DNA from: Anaeramoeba ignava BMAN
Lineage: Eukaryota > Protista > Anaeramoebae
Direction of reading: 5' to 3'
DNA: 64,000 bases
Assembly: GCA_028826165.1 (NCBI GenBank)
Contig: JAPDFW010000092.1
Span: forward strand, 248,001 to 312,000
Shown: piece after piece, positions 1 to 12,389 of the stretch
How positions within the stretch are numbered: the stretch's first letter is position 1
How the letters are laid out: every line of letters starts with the position of its first letter
The notes under the pieces: model-generated
What the model saw: the letters and a program-made list of their open reading frames with translations, nothing else
Databases searched by the model: none
What the model was told of the DNA's origin: nothing
Position numbers and translations under genes: made by a program

Positions 1-546
1 CATATCGGTTTAATCAAGAATAAGGACGGAATTTTCCAAATCAAATTTGATAAACAAAAAGACTTCATCAACCTGAAGTTTTCAAGCCAAGAAGAATCTC
101 AATTATTTTACTCTTCTTTCCAGCAAGCTACTAGGAATAAATTTTTAAAACTCCAAGAATTTCCTCAAAATTTAGATGAAATTGAAGAAGAAAATAATGA
201 TGAAGATTATAAACAAAAATTGATTCAAAATCTTCAAGAAAATGGGTTTTTGTTTGAAATTGAAATGCTAAATAATAATTTAAGAAAAACTGGAATTGAT
301 GGGGTTTTGTTAATGGAATCAGAATCATTTTCTATTTTAACAAATGTCCGAAGTGGTGATGATTATTGTAATATCCAAACTTATAAATATCATCACAATT
401 TTGGTATACAAACTGAATCTGGAAAGAATTCTTCAATTATCAGAATTATAGAAAGTGAATCCCAGAAGAAAATTTTCAAAATTAAAAAGTTTGAAGAAAA
501 ACAAATTTTTATTGATTTAATTTCGCGAATTCTCCAAAAGAAATGA
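1..546 (+). CDS. 3' end of a hypothetical protein (5'-truncated by the window)
   Basis: Frame +1 is open from base 1 (HIGLIKNKDGIFQIKF...) to TGA at 544-546; the ORF-track entry 220..546 is only its tail. No family recognised. Confidence 0.6.
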   Translation, partial: HIGLIKNKDGIFQIKFDKQKDFINLKFSSQEESQLFYSSFQQATRNKFLKLQEFPQNLDEIEEENNDEDYKQKLIQNLQENGFLFEIEMLNNNLRKTGIDGVLLMESESFSILTNVRSGDDYCNIQTYKYHHNFGIQTESGKNSSIIRIIESESQKKIFKIKKFEEKQIFIDLISRILQKK

Positions 547-653
547 TTTCAAAAAAAAAATTAATTCCACTTTTTTTCAATTTTTTTAATCAATTTAATT
601 AAACTAAATTAAAATAAATCAGAACAATTTTCAAAAATAATAAAATTATTTTT

Positions 654-937
654 TTAAGGAAATAAATTTGGATTTGTTTGATTTAATTGAAAATAATCAA
701 TTCCTAATTTTAATTTCTTCAATTATTTCTTGTGTAATTTGAATTTCATCTTTTTAATTTGATTTGAATAAATCCAATATTCAAATATTTGAAATGATTT
801 ATTACTTAATTCACTATAATATGTAACTTTATTAGAAGTATCATTTGTTACAGATAAAAACATTCCTCGATATAATTCACTTCTCATTATTAATATTAAT
901 TTGGGAAATTTATATTGTTTTTCTTTTCTTTCAATAA
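654..937 (-). pseudogene. Relic of a C-terminal BTB/POZ domain
   Basis: Minus strand translates as IIEEKKKQYKFPKLILIMRSELYRGMFLSVTNDTSNKVTYYSELSNKSFQIFEYWIYSN, then after frameshifts ...IDYFQLNQTNPNLF. This matches the last BTB of the ankyrin-BTB genes in this window (KVHKLILIIRSELFKGMFLLNVSDSSNQV...DYYQLNQ). No start codon; abuts a tandem array. Confidence 0.75.
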
Positions 938-1662
938 TAAAATATTTTTCATTAATTTATTTCAAAAATGGAATAAAGAATATTAAATAATTAAATTTGA
1001 AATTAATTATATTTTATATATTTTATTAATATTTCTTTATTTAAAATAATATAAAATCATTCCCAATAATTAAATAAAATTAATAAAATATTTTAATTAA
1101 TTTATTTCAAAAATTGAATAAAGAATATTAAATAATTAAATTTAAAATTAATTATATTTTATATATTTTATTAATATTTCTTTATTTAAATTAATATAAA
1201 ACTATTCTCAATAATTTAATAAAATTAATAAAATATTTTAATTAATTTATTTCAAAAATGGAATAAAGAATATTAAATAATTAAATTTCAAATTAATTAT
1301 ATTTTATATATTTATTAATATTTCTTTATTTAAAATAATATAAAATTATTCCCAATAATTTAATAAAATTAATAAAATATTTTCATTAATTTATTTCAAA
1401 AATGGAATAAAGAATATTAAATAATTAAATTTAAAATTAATTCTATTTTATATATTTTATTAATTTTTCTTTTATTTAAAATAATATAAAACTATTCTCA
1501 ATAATTTAATAAAATAAATAAAATATTTTAATTAATTTATTTCAAAAATGGAATAAAGAATATTAAATAATTAAATTTAAAATTAATTATATTTTATATA
1601 TTTTATTAATATTTCTTTATTTAAAATAATATAAAATTATTCTCAATAATTAAATAAAATTG
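936..1662. repeat. Tandem array, ~145-bp unit x5
   Basis: Marker TTCAAAAAT(G/T)GAATAAAG recurs at ~961, 1106, 1251, 1395 and 1541. Confidence 0.9.
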
Positions 1663-1675
1663 AGAAGAAAAATTG

Positions 1676-2008
1676 AAATATTTTAATAAAGATAAATATT
1701 TAATTTTAATAATATTTAATAATAATTTAATTTAAATTTATTTTAATTTAATTTTAAAATAATATTTTTTATTTATTATATTAATATTTTTGATTATTTA
1801 TTATTTCAATTTTAATTATAATAAAATATATTAAAAAGTGGAATAAATATTTTTAATAAAAGATAAATATATTTAATTTTAATAATATTTAATAATAATT
1901 TAATTTAAATTTATTTTATTTTAATTTAATATAATATTTTTATTTATTATATTAATATTTTTGATTATTTATTATTCCAATTTTAATTATAATAAAATAT
2001 ATTAAAAA
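1676..2008. repeat. Tandem duplication, ~170-bp unit x2
   Basis: AATAAAGATAAATAT...GATTATTTATTATT(T/C)CAATTTTAATTATAATAAAATATATTAAAAA occurs twice. Confidence 0.8.
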
Positions 2009-2478
2009 TAAAATTAAAAATTAAAAATTTTAAATAAATTGAATTTAACATGATTGAATAAGATAAACTTTCTAAAAAAATAATTTACTAATTATTCTAT
2101 TTTTGATTTTGATTATAATTTATTAATATTTAAATATTAATTAATAATAAATTTTATTTGATTTTTTTTATTTTATTATTTTAATTAATGAATTTAAATT
2201 TAATTATTATTAATTTCTATTTTCAATTTTTATTTTTATTTATTATATTAAAAATATTCAATTTTTAAAATTTATTATTTTTTTTTTTTGGATTATTTTT
2301 TATTAATTAAATTTTTAATAAATATTTTAAATTAAAATTAAATTATTTAAAATTAAATTTGTTTCTTATTTATTATTTTAAAGAAATTAATTTGATTAAA
2401 AGTAAATTAAAATTGAATTAAATTTTGAAAAAAAAAATTAAAAAAAAAAAGTTTGATTTTCTTATTATTAATTAATTT

Positions 2479-4224
2479 TTAAATGAAATAAGATTCAACT
2501 TCATCAACAACCCATGAATTATAAGAGCCAGCTAAATAACTTTTAGCTTCATTTGTATCATAAGTAATTCCATTAGGTAGATTATATCTAGAACCAAAAT
2601 TTGATAAACCAGGTTGATGAAAATCAGAATATAAACAAAAATCAGTTCCATTACCATAACCAAATACTGGACCATTATAAGTATAATGGGAATAAATTGC
2701 ATATTGAGGTTCTTTACAAGTAAACTTTGCAGGTATTCTATCTCCTTTATCATTTCTTAATGAAAAAATAAATGCATTTGAATCATTACTCAATTCTCCA
2801 TTTGTTGAATGTTTAAATCCAACTTGAGTAAAACCTCCAAAAATAAAATTATCTTTTGTTTTGATAATAACTAATGTTTTTCCTTTCCCATCAACTGCTT
2901 TATGCCAATTTTGAGAATTAAATCCATCTCTTTTTGCTGAAAATCCTTTTTTCATTTTAGAAAAAAAATCATTATCATTTATCCATTCTTGTAATTTCTT
3001 AACATATTCAATATCTTTCACAATTCCAGAAAATTGAGGAAAATTTTTTCTGATTTCTTCTAATTTTTTCTCAAGTTCCAAATCTTTTTGGTATTGTTCT
3101 CGATATTTATCAAAAATAGGTTTCATATCTTGATTCTCTTCTTTCAAATCATCAACTTCTTTCTTCCATTTCTCTTCAATTTCTGCTTTCATTTGTTGAT
3201 TTTCTTTCTTTTTATCTTCAATTTCTTTTTGATTCTTTTCAATTTCTTTGTTTTTATCTTCAATTTCAATTTTCATTTGTTGATTTTCTTTCTCTTTATT
3301 CTCAACTTCTTTCTTCCATTTCTTTTCAATTTCAATTTTCATTTGTTGATTTTCTTTTTGATTATCTTGAATAACTTTGTTTTGAATATCAACTAAAAAA
3401 GATTTTGGAAAAATATCAAATTGTTTTAATTTATCAAAATCTTGTTTTGAAATTGAATCTTTATCAAATAATGAAAAAAAAGAATGAAATAATCTTTTCT
3501 TTTCAATTCCCTTTTCTTTTTCTTTTTCTTTTTCTTTCTTTCCTTTTAATTTTTCATTTCTTTTTTCAATCCAATTATTTAAAAATTGAAAAAAATCAAA
3601 TTGAAAAATTTCTTTTTTTTCTTGTTTAAATTGAATAAATTTGATAATTTCTTCTTTAGTTAAATTGAATAAATTTTCATTATTTTGAATTTGGGAAAAA
3701 TTTTGATTTATTAATTCAAAACATTTTATTTCAATTTCATTTGAATTTAAATTTCGATTTTGGAATAAAAATTGGAAAAAATTTGAATAATTAATTGAAT
3801 TTAAAATTTTTTTTTGAATAATTTCTTTCAATAAATTTAATTTAAAATAAATTGAAATTTCTAATAATTGAATAAGATTTTCTTGATTCTCAAAAGAAAT
3901 ATTTCCATAATAAATATAACTCAAAATTGATTCCATTTCTTTTTTATTAAATTGATTTAAAGAAATAGAAAGAGATTCTTGCCTTAATGATTCATTAAAA
4001 AAAGGAGATCTTGAAGATAAAATTGATTTATGAACTTTAATTTCAAAAGGATTTGATTTATTCTCAACAAAAATTGAAAAATCTTTAAATGAATTTCCAT
4101 TTAAAAGGTTTGAATAATCTTTAATTAAATTTTTTGTTACTTTTTTTTGTAAATTTTTCATTTCAATTTCATTTTGATTTTGATTTGCATTTTCAATTTG
4201 GTTATTATTATTATTATTATCCAT
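2479..4224 (-). CDS. BTB/POZ-BACK-like, coiled-coil and TLDc domain protein
   Basis: Intronless 581-aa ORF. BTB signature DFSIFV...IKVHKSILSSRSPFF; repeated ENQQMK.EIE coiled coil; TLDc motifs FSAKRDGF...WH..VDGKGKTLVIIKT..FIFGGFT, GPVFG and YLAGS..W.V.EVE. Confidence 0.92.
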   Translation of the reverse strand: MDNNNNNNQIENANQNQNEIEMKNLQKKVTKNLIKDYSNLLNGNSFKDFSIFVENKSNPFEIKVHKSILSSRSPFFNESLRQESLSISLNQFNKKEMESILSYIYYGNISFENQENLIQLLEISIYFKLNLLKEIIQKKILNSINYSNFFQFLFQNRNLNSNEIEIKCFELINQNFSQIQNNENLFNLTKEEIIKFIQFKQEKKEIFQFDFFQFLNNWIEKRNEKLKGKKEKEKEKEKGIEKKRLFHSFFSLFDKDSISKQDFDKLKQFDIFPKSFLVDIQNKVIQDNQKENQQMKIEIEKKWKKEVENKEKENQQMKIEIEDKNKEIEKNQKEIEDKKKENQQMKAEIEEKWKKEVDDLKEENQDMKPIFDKYREQYQKDLELEKKLEEIRKNFPQFSGIVKDIEYVKKLQEWINDNDFFSKMKKGFSAKRDGFNSQNWHKAVDGKGKTLVIIKTKDNFIFGGFTQVGFKHSTNGELSNDSNAFIFSLRNDKGDRIPAKFTCKEPQYAIYSHYTYNGPVFGYGNGTDFCLYSDFHQPGLSNFGSRYNLPNGITYDTNEAKSYLAGSYNSWVVDEVESYFI

Positions 4225-4629
4225 TTTGTGTTTTTTTTTTTGTGTTTTTTTGTTTTGTGTTTTTGTTTTTAAAAAAAAAGGAAAAAAATGAAAAAAAAAA
4301 TTTAAATAAAAAAAATGAATAAAAAAAGTGGATTTTGAAAATAAATAAAAATATAAAAAATAAGAATAAATTTAAATTAATAATTAATTTAATTTTCTTT
4401 TTAATTTATTATTTTAAATTAATTTATTAATAAATTATTATTATTTTTTATTATTTTTTTTATTAAAAAAAAAGGAAAATTATTTTAATTTAATTTTTAA
4501 TTTAATTTTTTTTTTGGAATTTAAAAATTATTAATAAATTTAAATTTAAAAACAAATTTCCAAATTAATATTAATTCAATTTAATTCAAAAAAAAGATAA
4601 AATTTTAATTTCAAAAATCAATTTTCAAA

Positions 4630-5060
4630 ATATTTTTAAATAATAAAATATTTAAATCTAAAACAATAAATTATTATTTTAATAATAAAATTAAATATTA
4701 AATTATATTTTCAAATTAATTTATAAATTAAATATTAAATTAAATCTATTCTTATTTTTTATATTTATATGTTAAATATTTAAATAATAAAATATTTAAA
4801 TCTAAAAACAATAAATTATTATTTTAATAATAAAAATTAAATATTAAATTATATTTTTAAATTAATTTATAAATTAAATATTAAATTAAATCTATTCTTA
4901 TTTTTTTATATTTATATGTTAAATATTTAAATAATAAAATATTTAAATCTAAAAACATTAAATTATTATTTTAATAATGAAATTAAATATTAAATTATAT
5001 TTTTAAATTAATTTATAAATTAAATATTAAATTAAATCTATTCTTATTTAATTAAATAAA
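4630..5060. repeat. Tandem array, ~144-147-bp unit x3
   Basis: Marker AAATCTAAAA at ~4658, 4802 and 4949; TCTATTCTTATTT occurs three times. Confidence 0.85.
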
Positions 5061-5139
5061 AATATTTAAATTATATTTAAAAAACAAAAAACTTTTTCAT
5101 TTTTCATTTTTTCATTTTTCATTTTTGAATTGAATAAAT

Positions 5140-6176
5140 ATGATTTTAAATATTTATATAGTAAAAATATTTCACGGAAAACCAAGAATAATTTTAAACA
5201 TAATTTTAAATGATGAAATTATAATCAAATAAATTAAAATTAAATTAAAAAGTATTTTATAAAATAAAATACAAAACATCTGATGTTTTATGCAATTTTT
5301 AAATAAAACAATAAAAATTAAATTATAAATTAAATTATAAATTAAATTATAAATAAAATTATAAATAAAATTATAAATAAAATTATAAATAAAATTATAA
5401 ATAAAAAAACAAAAACTTTTTCATTTTTCATTTTTCATTTTCATTTTTGAATTGAATAAATATATAAATAAAATTATAAATTAAATTATATAAATAAAAT
5501 TTTATGATGAAATTGATGAATCAAATCGATTAAAATTAGTTAAATAAAATTATAAATTAAATTAAAGATCTGATGTTTTATGCAATTTTTAGATAAAGGT
5601 AAATAATAAAATTATAAATTAAATTATAAATAAAATTATAAATAAAATTATAAATAAAATTATAAATAAAATTATAAATAAAATTATAAATTAAATTATA
5701 AATAAAATTATAAAATAAATTATAAATAAAATTATAAAATAAATTATAAATTAAATTATAAATTAAATTATAAATTAAATTATAAATTAAATTATAAATA
5801 AAATTATAAATAAACAGCTCATGTTCCAACCGAAATTCAAGGATGGACAACAGATATAAAATTTGTTTACCGACACTTTGCAACTTTATATTTCATTTTT
5901 GTTATTGATTCATCAGAAAGTGAACTTGGAACACTAGATCTTATTCAAGTTTTTGTTGAATCTTTAGATCAAATTTTTGAAAATGTTTGTGAATTGGATT
6001 TGATTTTCCATCCTGATAGAGTTATGTATATTCTTGATAATATGATTAATGGTGGTTTAGTTCTTGAAACTGATATAAAACAAATTATTTCAAATGTTGA
6101 ATCTGAAGATACTTTGGCTAATGAACCAAAAATTAAAGGTCAAGGAAGAGATAAAATCCCTCCAATTCGCAAATAA
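5140..6176 (+). CDS. AP3S: AP-3 complex sigma subunit; last exon 5818-6176 intact, first exon present as two corrupted tandem copies
   Basis: Exon 5818-6176 encodes KFVYRHFATLYFIFVIDSSESELGTLDLIQVFVESLDQIFENVCELDLIFH, the AP-3 sigma signature. Intron 5599-5817 is GT..CAG. Upstream fragments MILNIYIV..FHGKPRII (5140) and KFYDEIDESNRLKLVK..RSDVLCNF (5500-5598) match the N-terminus. Confidence 0.85.
5599..5817 (+). repeat. Intron filled with 12-bp minisatellite (ATAAATAAAATT)n
   Basis: Visible directly between the GT donor and CAG acceptor. Confidence 0.85.
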
Positions 6177-6693
6177 CTTTTTCCCATTTCTTCTTTATTG
6201 ATTTTCTTCTTTATTGATCTTGATTTTCTTTTTTTATTATTTTTGATTGTTGGAAGAATCAAGAATAAACAATTTTTTTTTATCACATTTAAAAGGATTA
6301 AATTTTGGTTTTAATTTTAATTTTGGTTTTAATTTTGATTTTTAATTTTAATTTTAATTTTGGTTTTAATTTTTTGGATTGAGTTCATATTTATAAAATT
6401 AGAAAAAAAAAAATTAAGAAAAAAATGAGAAAAAAAGAAAAAATGGTAAATTATTCCAAAATTTATTTTTTAAAAAAATCAAAAAAAAATAAATAAACAA
6501 TTTTTTTATCTTATTTGAATTAAAAAAAAAAGATCAATGTTCGTTTATTTTTTATTTTATTATTTTTATTTTTTTTATTTGAAAAAAATTATTTTTTTTA
6601 TTTTTCTTTTTAATTTTTCTTTTCATCAAATTTTAATTATTTGAATAACCCAAAAAAAAAAACAATAAGAATTTTAAATAAAAAAAAAAAACA

Positions 6694-9151
6694 ATGATAC
6701 ATAATTCAGAATCAATACCTTGTATTATTGGATCAACATTAGGAATGTTTGGAGCATTAGGTTTTGGAGTTGTTTATATTAGTTTCAAAGCAATTAGAAA
6801 TTTTCCAAGAAAACTTGTTTTTGTTTTAGCAATTTATGATTTTATTTCAAGTCTTGTTTTTATTTTACCTGGTCCAATTGCAAGTGGTCTTTGTAAAGCT
6901 CAAGTTTATTTAATTGCTTATACTTTTCCAACTCCAAGTTATTGGTGTTTTATTATTGCTATCATTTTCATCTTGAAAATTTATGGTTGGAAATATATGG
7001 AATTAGAAAGGTTTTTTATAGGAGCACATATTATAATGCATGTTATTGAGATTATTATTACTTCTTTATTTATTGCTTATGGTACTCCAAGAATTGCTTT
7101 CACTCATTGGTATTTTCATTTTTATTTATTATTTATTATTGAATATTGATTATTGAATATTGATTATTGAATATTTATTATTGAATATTGATTATTGATT
7201 ATTTATTATTGATTATTTATTATTTATTATTTATTATTGAATATTGATTATTGATTATTTATTATTGATTATTGATTATTGATTATTGAATATTGATTAT
7301 TTATTATTTATTATTTATTATTTATTATTGATTATTGATTATTTATTATTTATTATTTATTATTTATTATTTATTATTGATTATTTATTATTGATTATTT
7401 ATTATTGATTATTGATTATTGATTATTGAATATTGATTATTGATTATTGATTATTGATTATTTATTATTTGATTATTTATTATTTATTATTGATTATTTA
7501 TTATTTATTATTTATTATTTATTATTTATTATTTATTATTGATTATTGATTATTTATTATTGTGATTATTGATTATTTATTATTTATTATTTATTATTTA
7601 TTTATTATTTATTATTTATTATTGATTATTGAATATTTATTATTTATTATTTATTATTTATTATTTATTATTTATTATTTATTATTTATTATTTATTATT
7701 GATTATTGATTATTGATTATTGATTATTTATTATTTATTATTTATTATTTATTATTGATTATTTATTATTTATTATTTATTATTGAATATTTATTATTAT
7801 TTATTATTTATTATTGATTATTGAATATTGATTATTGATTATTTATTATTTATTATTTATTATTTATTATTTATTATTTATTATTTATTATTTATTATTT
7901 ATTGTATTGATTATTGAATATTGATTATTGATTATTGATTATTTATTATTATTTGATTATTTATTATTGATTATTTATTATTTATTATTTAATATTGATT
8001 ATTTATTATTTATTATTTATTATTTATTGATTATTTATTATTTATTATTTATTATTGATTATTTATTATTATTGATTATTTATTATTTATTATTTATTAT
8101 TGATTATTGATTATTGATTATTGATTATTGATTATTTATTATTGAATATTTATTATTGATTATTGATTATTGATTATTTATTATTTATTATTTATTATTT
8201 ATTATTTATTATTTATTATTTATTATTGATTATTTATTATTGATTATTGATTATTGATTATTTATTATTTATTATTTATTATTTATTATTGATTATTGAT
8301 TATTGATTATTTATTATTTATTATTTATTATTTATTATTTATTATTGATTATTTATTATTGATTATTTATTATTTATTATTGAATATTGAATATTTATTA
8401 TTGATTATTTATTATTGATTATTTATTATTGATTATTGATTATTTATTATTTATTATTTATTATTTATTAATTTATTATTGATTATTTATTATTGAATAT
8501 TTATTATTGATTATTGAATATTTATTATTTATTATTGATTATTAAAAAAAAGGTGTTGGGTAAAGGAAATTTGGTTAGAAGCTATAATCTATTCATTTTA
8601 TTGGGCATTTCTTATTGGTTGTCTTGTTTTTTATTCAATTTTAATTTGGAAAGCTAAAAAAATAAAAGGACAATCGGATTTTGAAAAAGGATTTCAGATA
8701 AAAATGTTTTTCATTCCAATTCTTTATATTTTTACTGCATTTTGGACTTCATGGAAAAGATTAAGAGAAATGATAGATCCAAGTGTTTCAACAAGTAAAT
8801 TTCTTGATTTTACTCAAGGATTATTTCTTCCAACTGAAGGATTATGGGATTTTGTCTTATTTGTTGTTTTTGATAAAGAAATTCGACAGGAAATAAGAAA
8901 AATGGTTTAAATGTTGTTCTAAAAAAAAAACTGATGATAAAGAAGAAAAAGATACTGAAAATGATTTAGAAAGTACAGATATTTCTTCAGATGAAAAAAA
9001 AGCAAAAAAAAAATCTCAATATTATCCAACTCTTCCAAATCAAGGAATGGAAGTTGAAATGAACCCAATCGACAAAGAATCTTCAAGTACAGAAGATTTA
9101 ATTTCTCATTCTGGAGTTGATGTTAAATCAATTGAACAAGATGATCTTTAA
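6694..9151 (+). CDS. cAMP-receptor-like (Dicty_CAR/GCR1-type) 7TM GPCR, copy 1; frameshifted near 8900
   Basis: Exon 6694-7109 joined to 8553 onward gives ...THWCWVKEIWLEAIIYSFYW..., seven hydrophobic segments and TEGLWDF in TM7. A 2-nt loss gives a stop at 8910 (257 aa); the paralogous C-tail continues out of frame to TAA at 9149-9151. Confidence 0.85.
7110..8552 (+). repeat. 1443-nt intron made of 7-bp units (TTTATTA/TTGATTA/TTGAATA)
   Basis: GTATTT donor, AAAAAAAAG acceptor; heptamer array fills almost the whole intron. Confidence 0.9.
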
Positions 9152-9852
9152 AATTCTTTTAATTTGATTTTTTTAATGCATTTTTTTTTAATAACTTCTA
9201 TTTTAAAATTGGAAAACAAATCACAATTTAAAATCAATTTAGTTTTTAGATTTTTTGGATTATTTTTATTTTAAATCAACATTTAAATTTACAATTTAAA
9301 AAAACAACAACAAAATTATTTAGAAAAACTAGTAGATAATTTAAAATATCTTTTATTATTGAATCAATAATTTTATTTATAATTTATGATACTTCAATAA
9401 TTGCTTATACTCATTGTTATTTACAGATATTTTTATTATTATTAAAGATTTTATTGATTATTTATTATTTAATTAAAAATGAGTTGAGAATTAAATCCAA
9501 ATCATTTTTTTTAATTAATTTTCTTATTTTTTAATTAATTTTTATTATTTTTTTTTTCCAACTAATGTTTTGATGTTTTTTTTTTTTTTTTTTTTATTGA
9601 TCTTATTTTAAAAAAAAAATTTTTTTTTTACTTTGAATTCCTATTTTAAATTAAAAATAAAATTAAATAAAGAGTTCATTTTTCATTTTGTTTTTCTTTT
9701 AAAACTCCCTTTTTTTTGATTTATTTTGATTCTTTTCAAAAATCAAAAGAAAAAAAAATTTTTTTTCTTTAAAAATCATTAAAATTAGGAATTAAATAGA
9801 ATTAAATAAAATAAAAATTAAATAAAATAAAATTAAATAAAAAAAAAAAACA

Positions 9853-12130
9853 ATGATACATAATTCAGAATCAATACCTTGTATTATTGGATCAACATTA
9901 GGAATGTTTGGAGCATTAGGTTTTGCAGTTGTTTATATTAGTTTCAAAGCAATTAGAAATTTTCCAAGAAAACTTATGTTTACTTTATCAATTTATGATT
10001 TTCTTTCAAGTTTTGTTTTTATTTTACCTGGCCCACTTTCAAGTGGTCTTTGTAAAGTTCAAGGATACTTACTTGCTTATACTTTTCCAACTCCAAGTTA
10101 TTGGTGTTTGATTGTTGCTATTATTTTCATCTTGAAAATTTATGGTTGGAAATATATGGAATTAGAAAGGTTCTTTATAGGAGCACATATTGTAATGCAT
10201 ATTATTGAGATTATTATTACTTCTTTATTTATTGCTTATGCTACTCCGAGAATTGGTCATACTCATTGGTATTTTCATTTTCATTTTTTATTATTTATTA
10301 TTTATTATTGAATATTGAATATTGAATATTTAATATTTATTATTGAATATTGATTATTGATTATTTATTATTGATTATTTATTATTTATTATTTATTATT
10401 GAATATTGAATATTGATTATTTATTATTGATTATTGAATATTGAATATTTATTATTTATTATTGATTATTTATTATTGAATATTTAATATTGAATATTTA
10501 TTATTTATTATTGATTATTGATTATTGAATATTTATTATTGATTATTTATTATTTATTATTTATTATTTATTATTTATTATTGAATATTTATTATTGAAT
10601 ATTTATTATTGAATATTTATTATTGATTATTGATTATTTATTATTGATTATTGATTATTTATTATTGATTATTTATTATTTATTATTTATTATTTATTAT
10701 TTATTATTGAATATTTATTATTGAATATTTATTATTTATTATTTATTATTCCTCTTTTTAATATTTATTATTTATTATTTATTATTGATTATTTATTATT
10801 GATTATTTATTATTTATTATTTATTATTTAATATTTATTATTGATTATTTATTATTGATTATTGATTATTTATTATTTATTATTTAATATTTAATATTTA
10901 TTATTGATTATTTATTATTGAATATTGAATATTGAATATTTGTTATTGATTATTGAATATTTATTATTAATTATTGATTATTGATTATTGATTATTTAAT
11001 ATTTATTATTTATTATTGAATATTTGTTATTGATTATTGATTATTTATTATTTATTATTGATTATTTATTATTGATTATTTATTATTTATTATTTATTAT
11101 TTATTATTTATTATTGAATATTTATTATTGATTATTTAATATTTATTATTGATTATTGATTATTTATTATTGATTATTTATTATTGAATATTTATTATTT
11201 ATTATTTATTATTGAATATTTAATATTTAATATTGATTATTTATTATTGATTATTTATTATTGATTATTTAATATTTATTATTGATTATTTATTATTGAT
11301 TATTGAATATTTATTATTAATTATTGATTATTGATTATTGATTATTTATTATTGAATATTGATTATTTATTATTTATTATTGAATATTTATTATTTATTA
11401 TTTATTATTGATTATTTATTATTTATTATTTATTATTTATTATTGATTATTGATTATTTATTATTGATTATTGATTATTTATTATTGATTATTAAAAAAA
11501 AGGTGTTGGATAAAGGAAATTTGGTTAGAAGCTATAATTTATTCATTTTATTGGGCATTTCTTATTGGTTGTCTTGTTTTTTATTCAATTTTAATTTGGA
11601 AAGCTAGAAAAATAAAAGGACAATCAGATTTTGAAAAAGGATTTCAGATAAAAATGTTTTTCATTCCAATCCTTTATGTTTTTACTGCAATTTGGACTTC
11701 ATGGAAAAGATTAAGAGAAATGATAGATCCAAGTGTTCCAAACAACGAATTTCTTGATTTTACTCAAGGATTATTTGTTCCAACTCAAGGATTTTGGGAT
11801 TTTATCTTATTTGTTGTTTTTGATAAAGAAATTCGACAAGAAATAAGAAAGAAATGGTTTAGATGTTGTTGTAAACCAAAAATTGATGATAAAGATGAAG
11901 ATCAAGATACTGAAAATGATTTAGAAAGTACAGATATTTCTTCAGATGAAAAAAAAGCAAAAGAAAAAGAAAAAGAAAAAGAAAGAAAAAAATCTCAATA
12001 TTATCCAACTCTTCCAAATCAAGAAATGGAAATTGAAATGAAATCAATTGACAAAGAATCTTCAAGTATAGAAGATTTAATTTCTCATTCTGGAGTTGAT
12101 GTTAAATCAATTGAACAAGATGATCTTTAA
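9853..12130 (+). CDS. cAMP-receptor-like GPCR, copy 2 (347 aa)
   Basis: Exons 9853-10268 and 11503-12130 splice in frame (HWCWI); Cys cluster WFRCCC after TM7/helix 8; acidic tail. Confidence 0.9.
10269..11502 (+). repeat. 1234-nt intron made of the same 7-bp units
   Basis: Same donor and acceptor as copy 1; contains a unique TATTCCTCTTTTT island at ~10747-10759. Confidence 0.9.
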
Positions 12131-12389
12131 AATTCTTTAAATTCTTTAATACATTTTTTTTAATAACTTCTATTTAAAATTGGAAAACAAATCACAATTT
12201 AAAATCAATTTAGTTTTTGGATTTTTTGGATTATTTTTATTTTAAATCAACATTTAAATTTACAATTTAAAAAAACAACAACAAAATTATTTAGAAAAAC
12301 TAATAGATAATTTAAAATATCTTTTATTATTGAATCAATAATTTTATTTATAATTTATGATACTTCAATAATTGCTTATACTCATTGTT

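Noticed and set aside
936-1662. CRISPR-like array
   Set aside because: Units are contiguous with no unique spacers, the context is eukaryotic and no cas genes are present.
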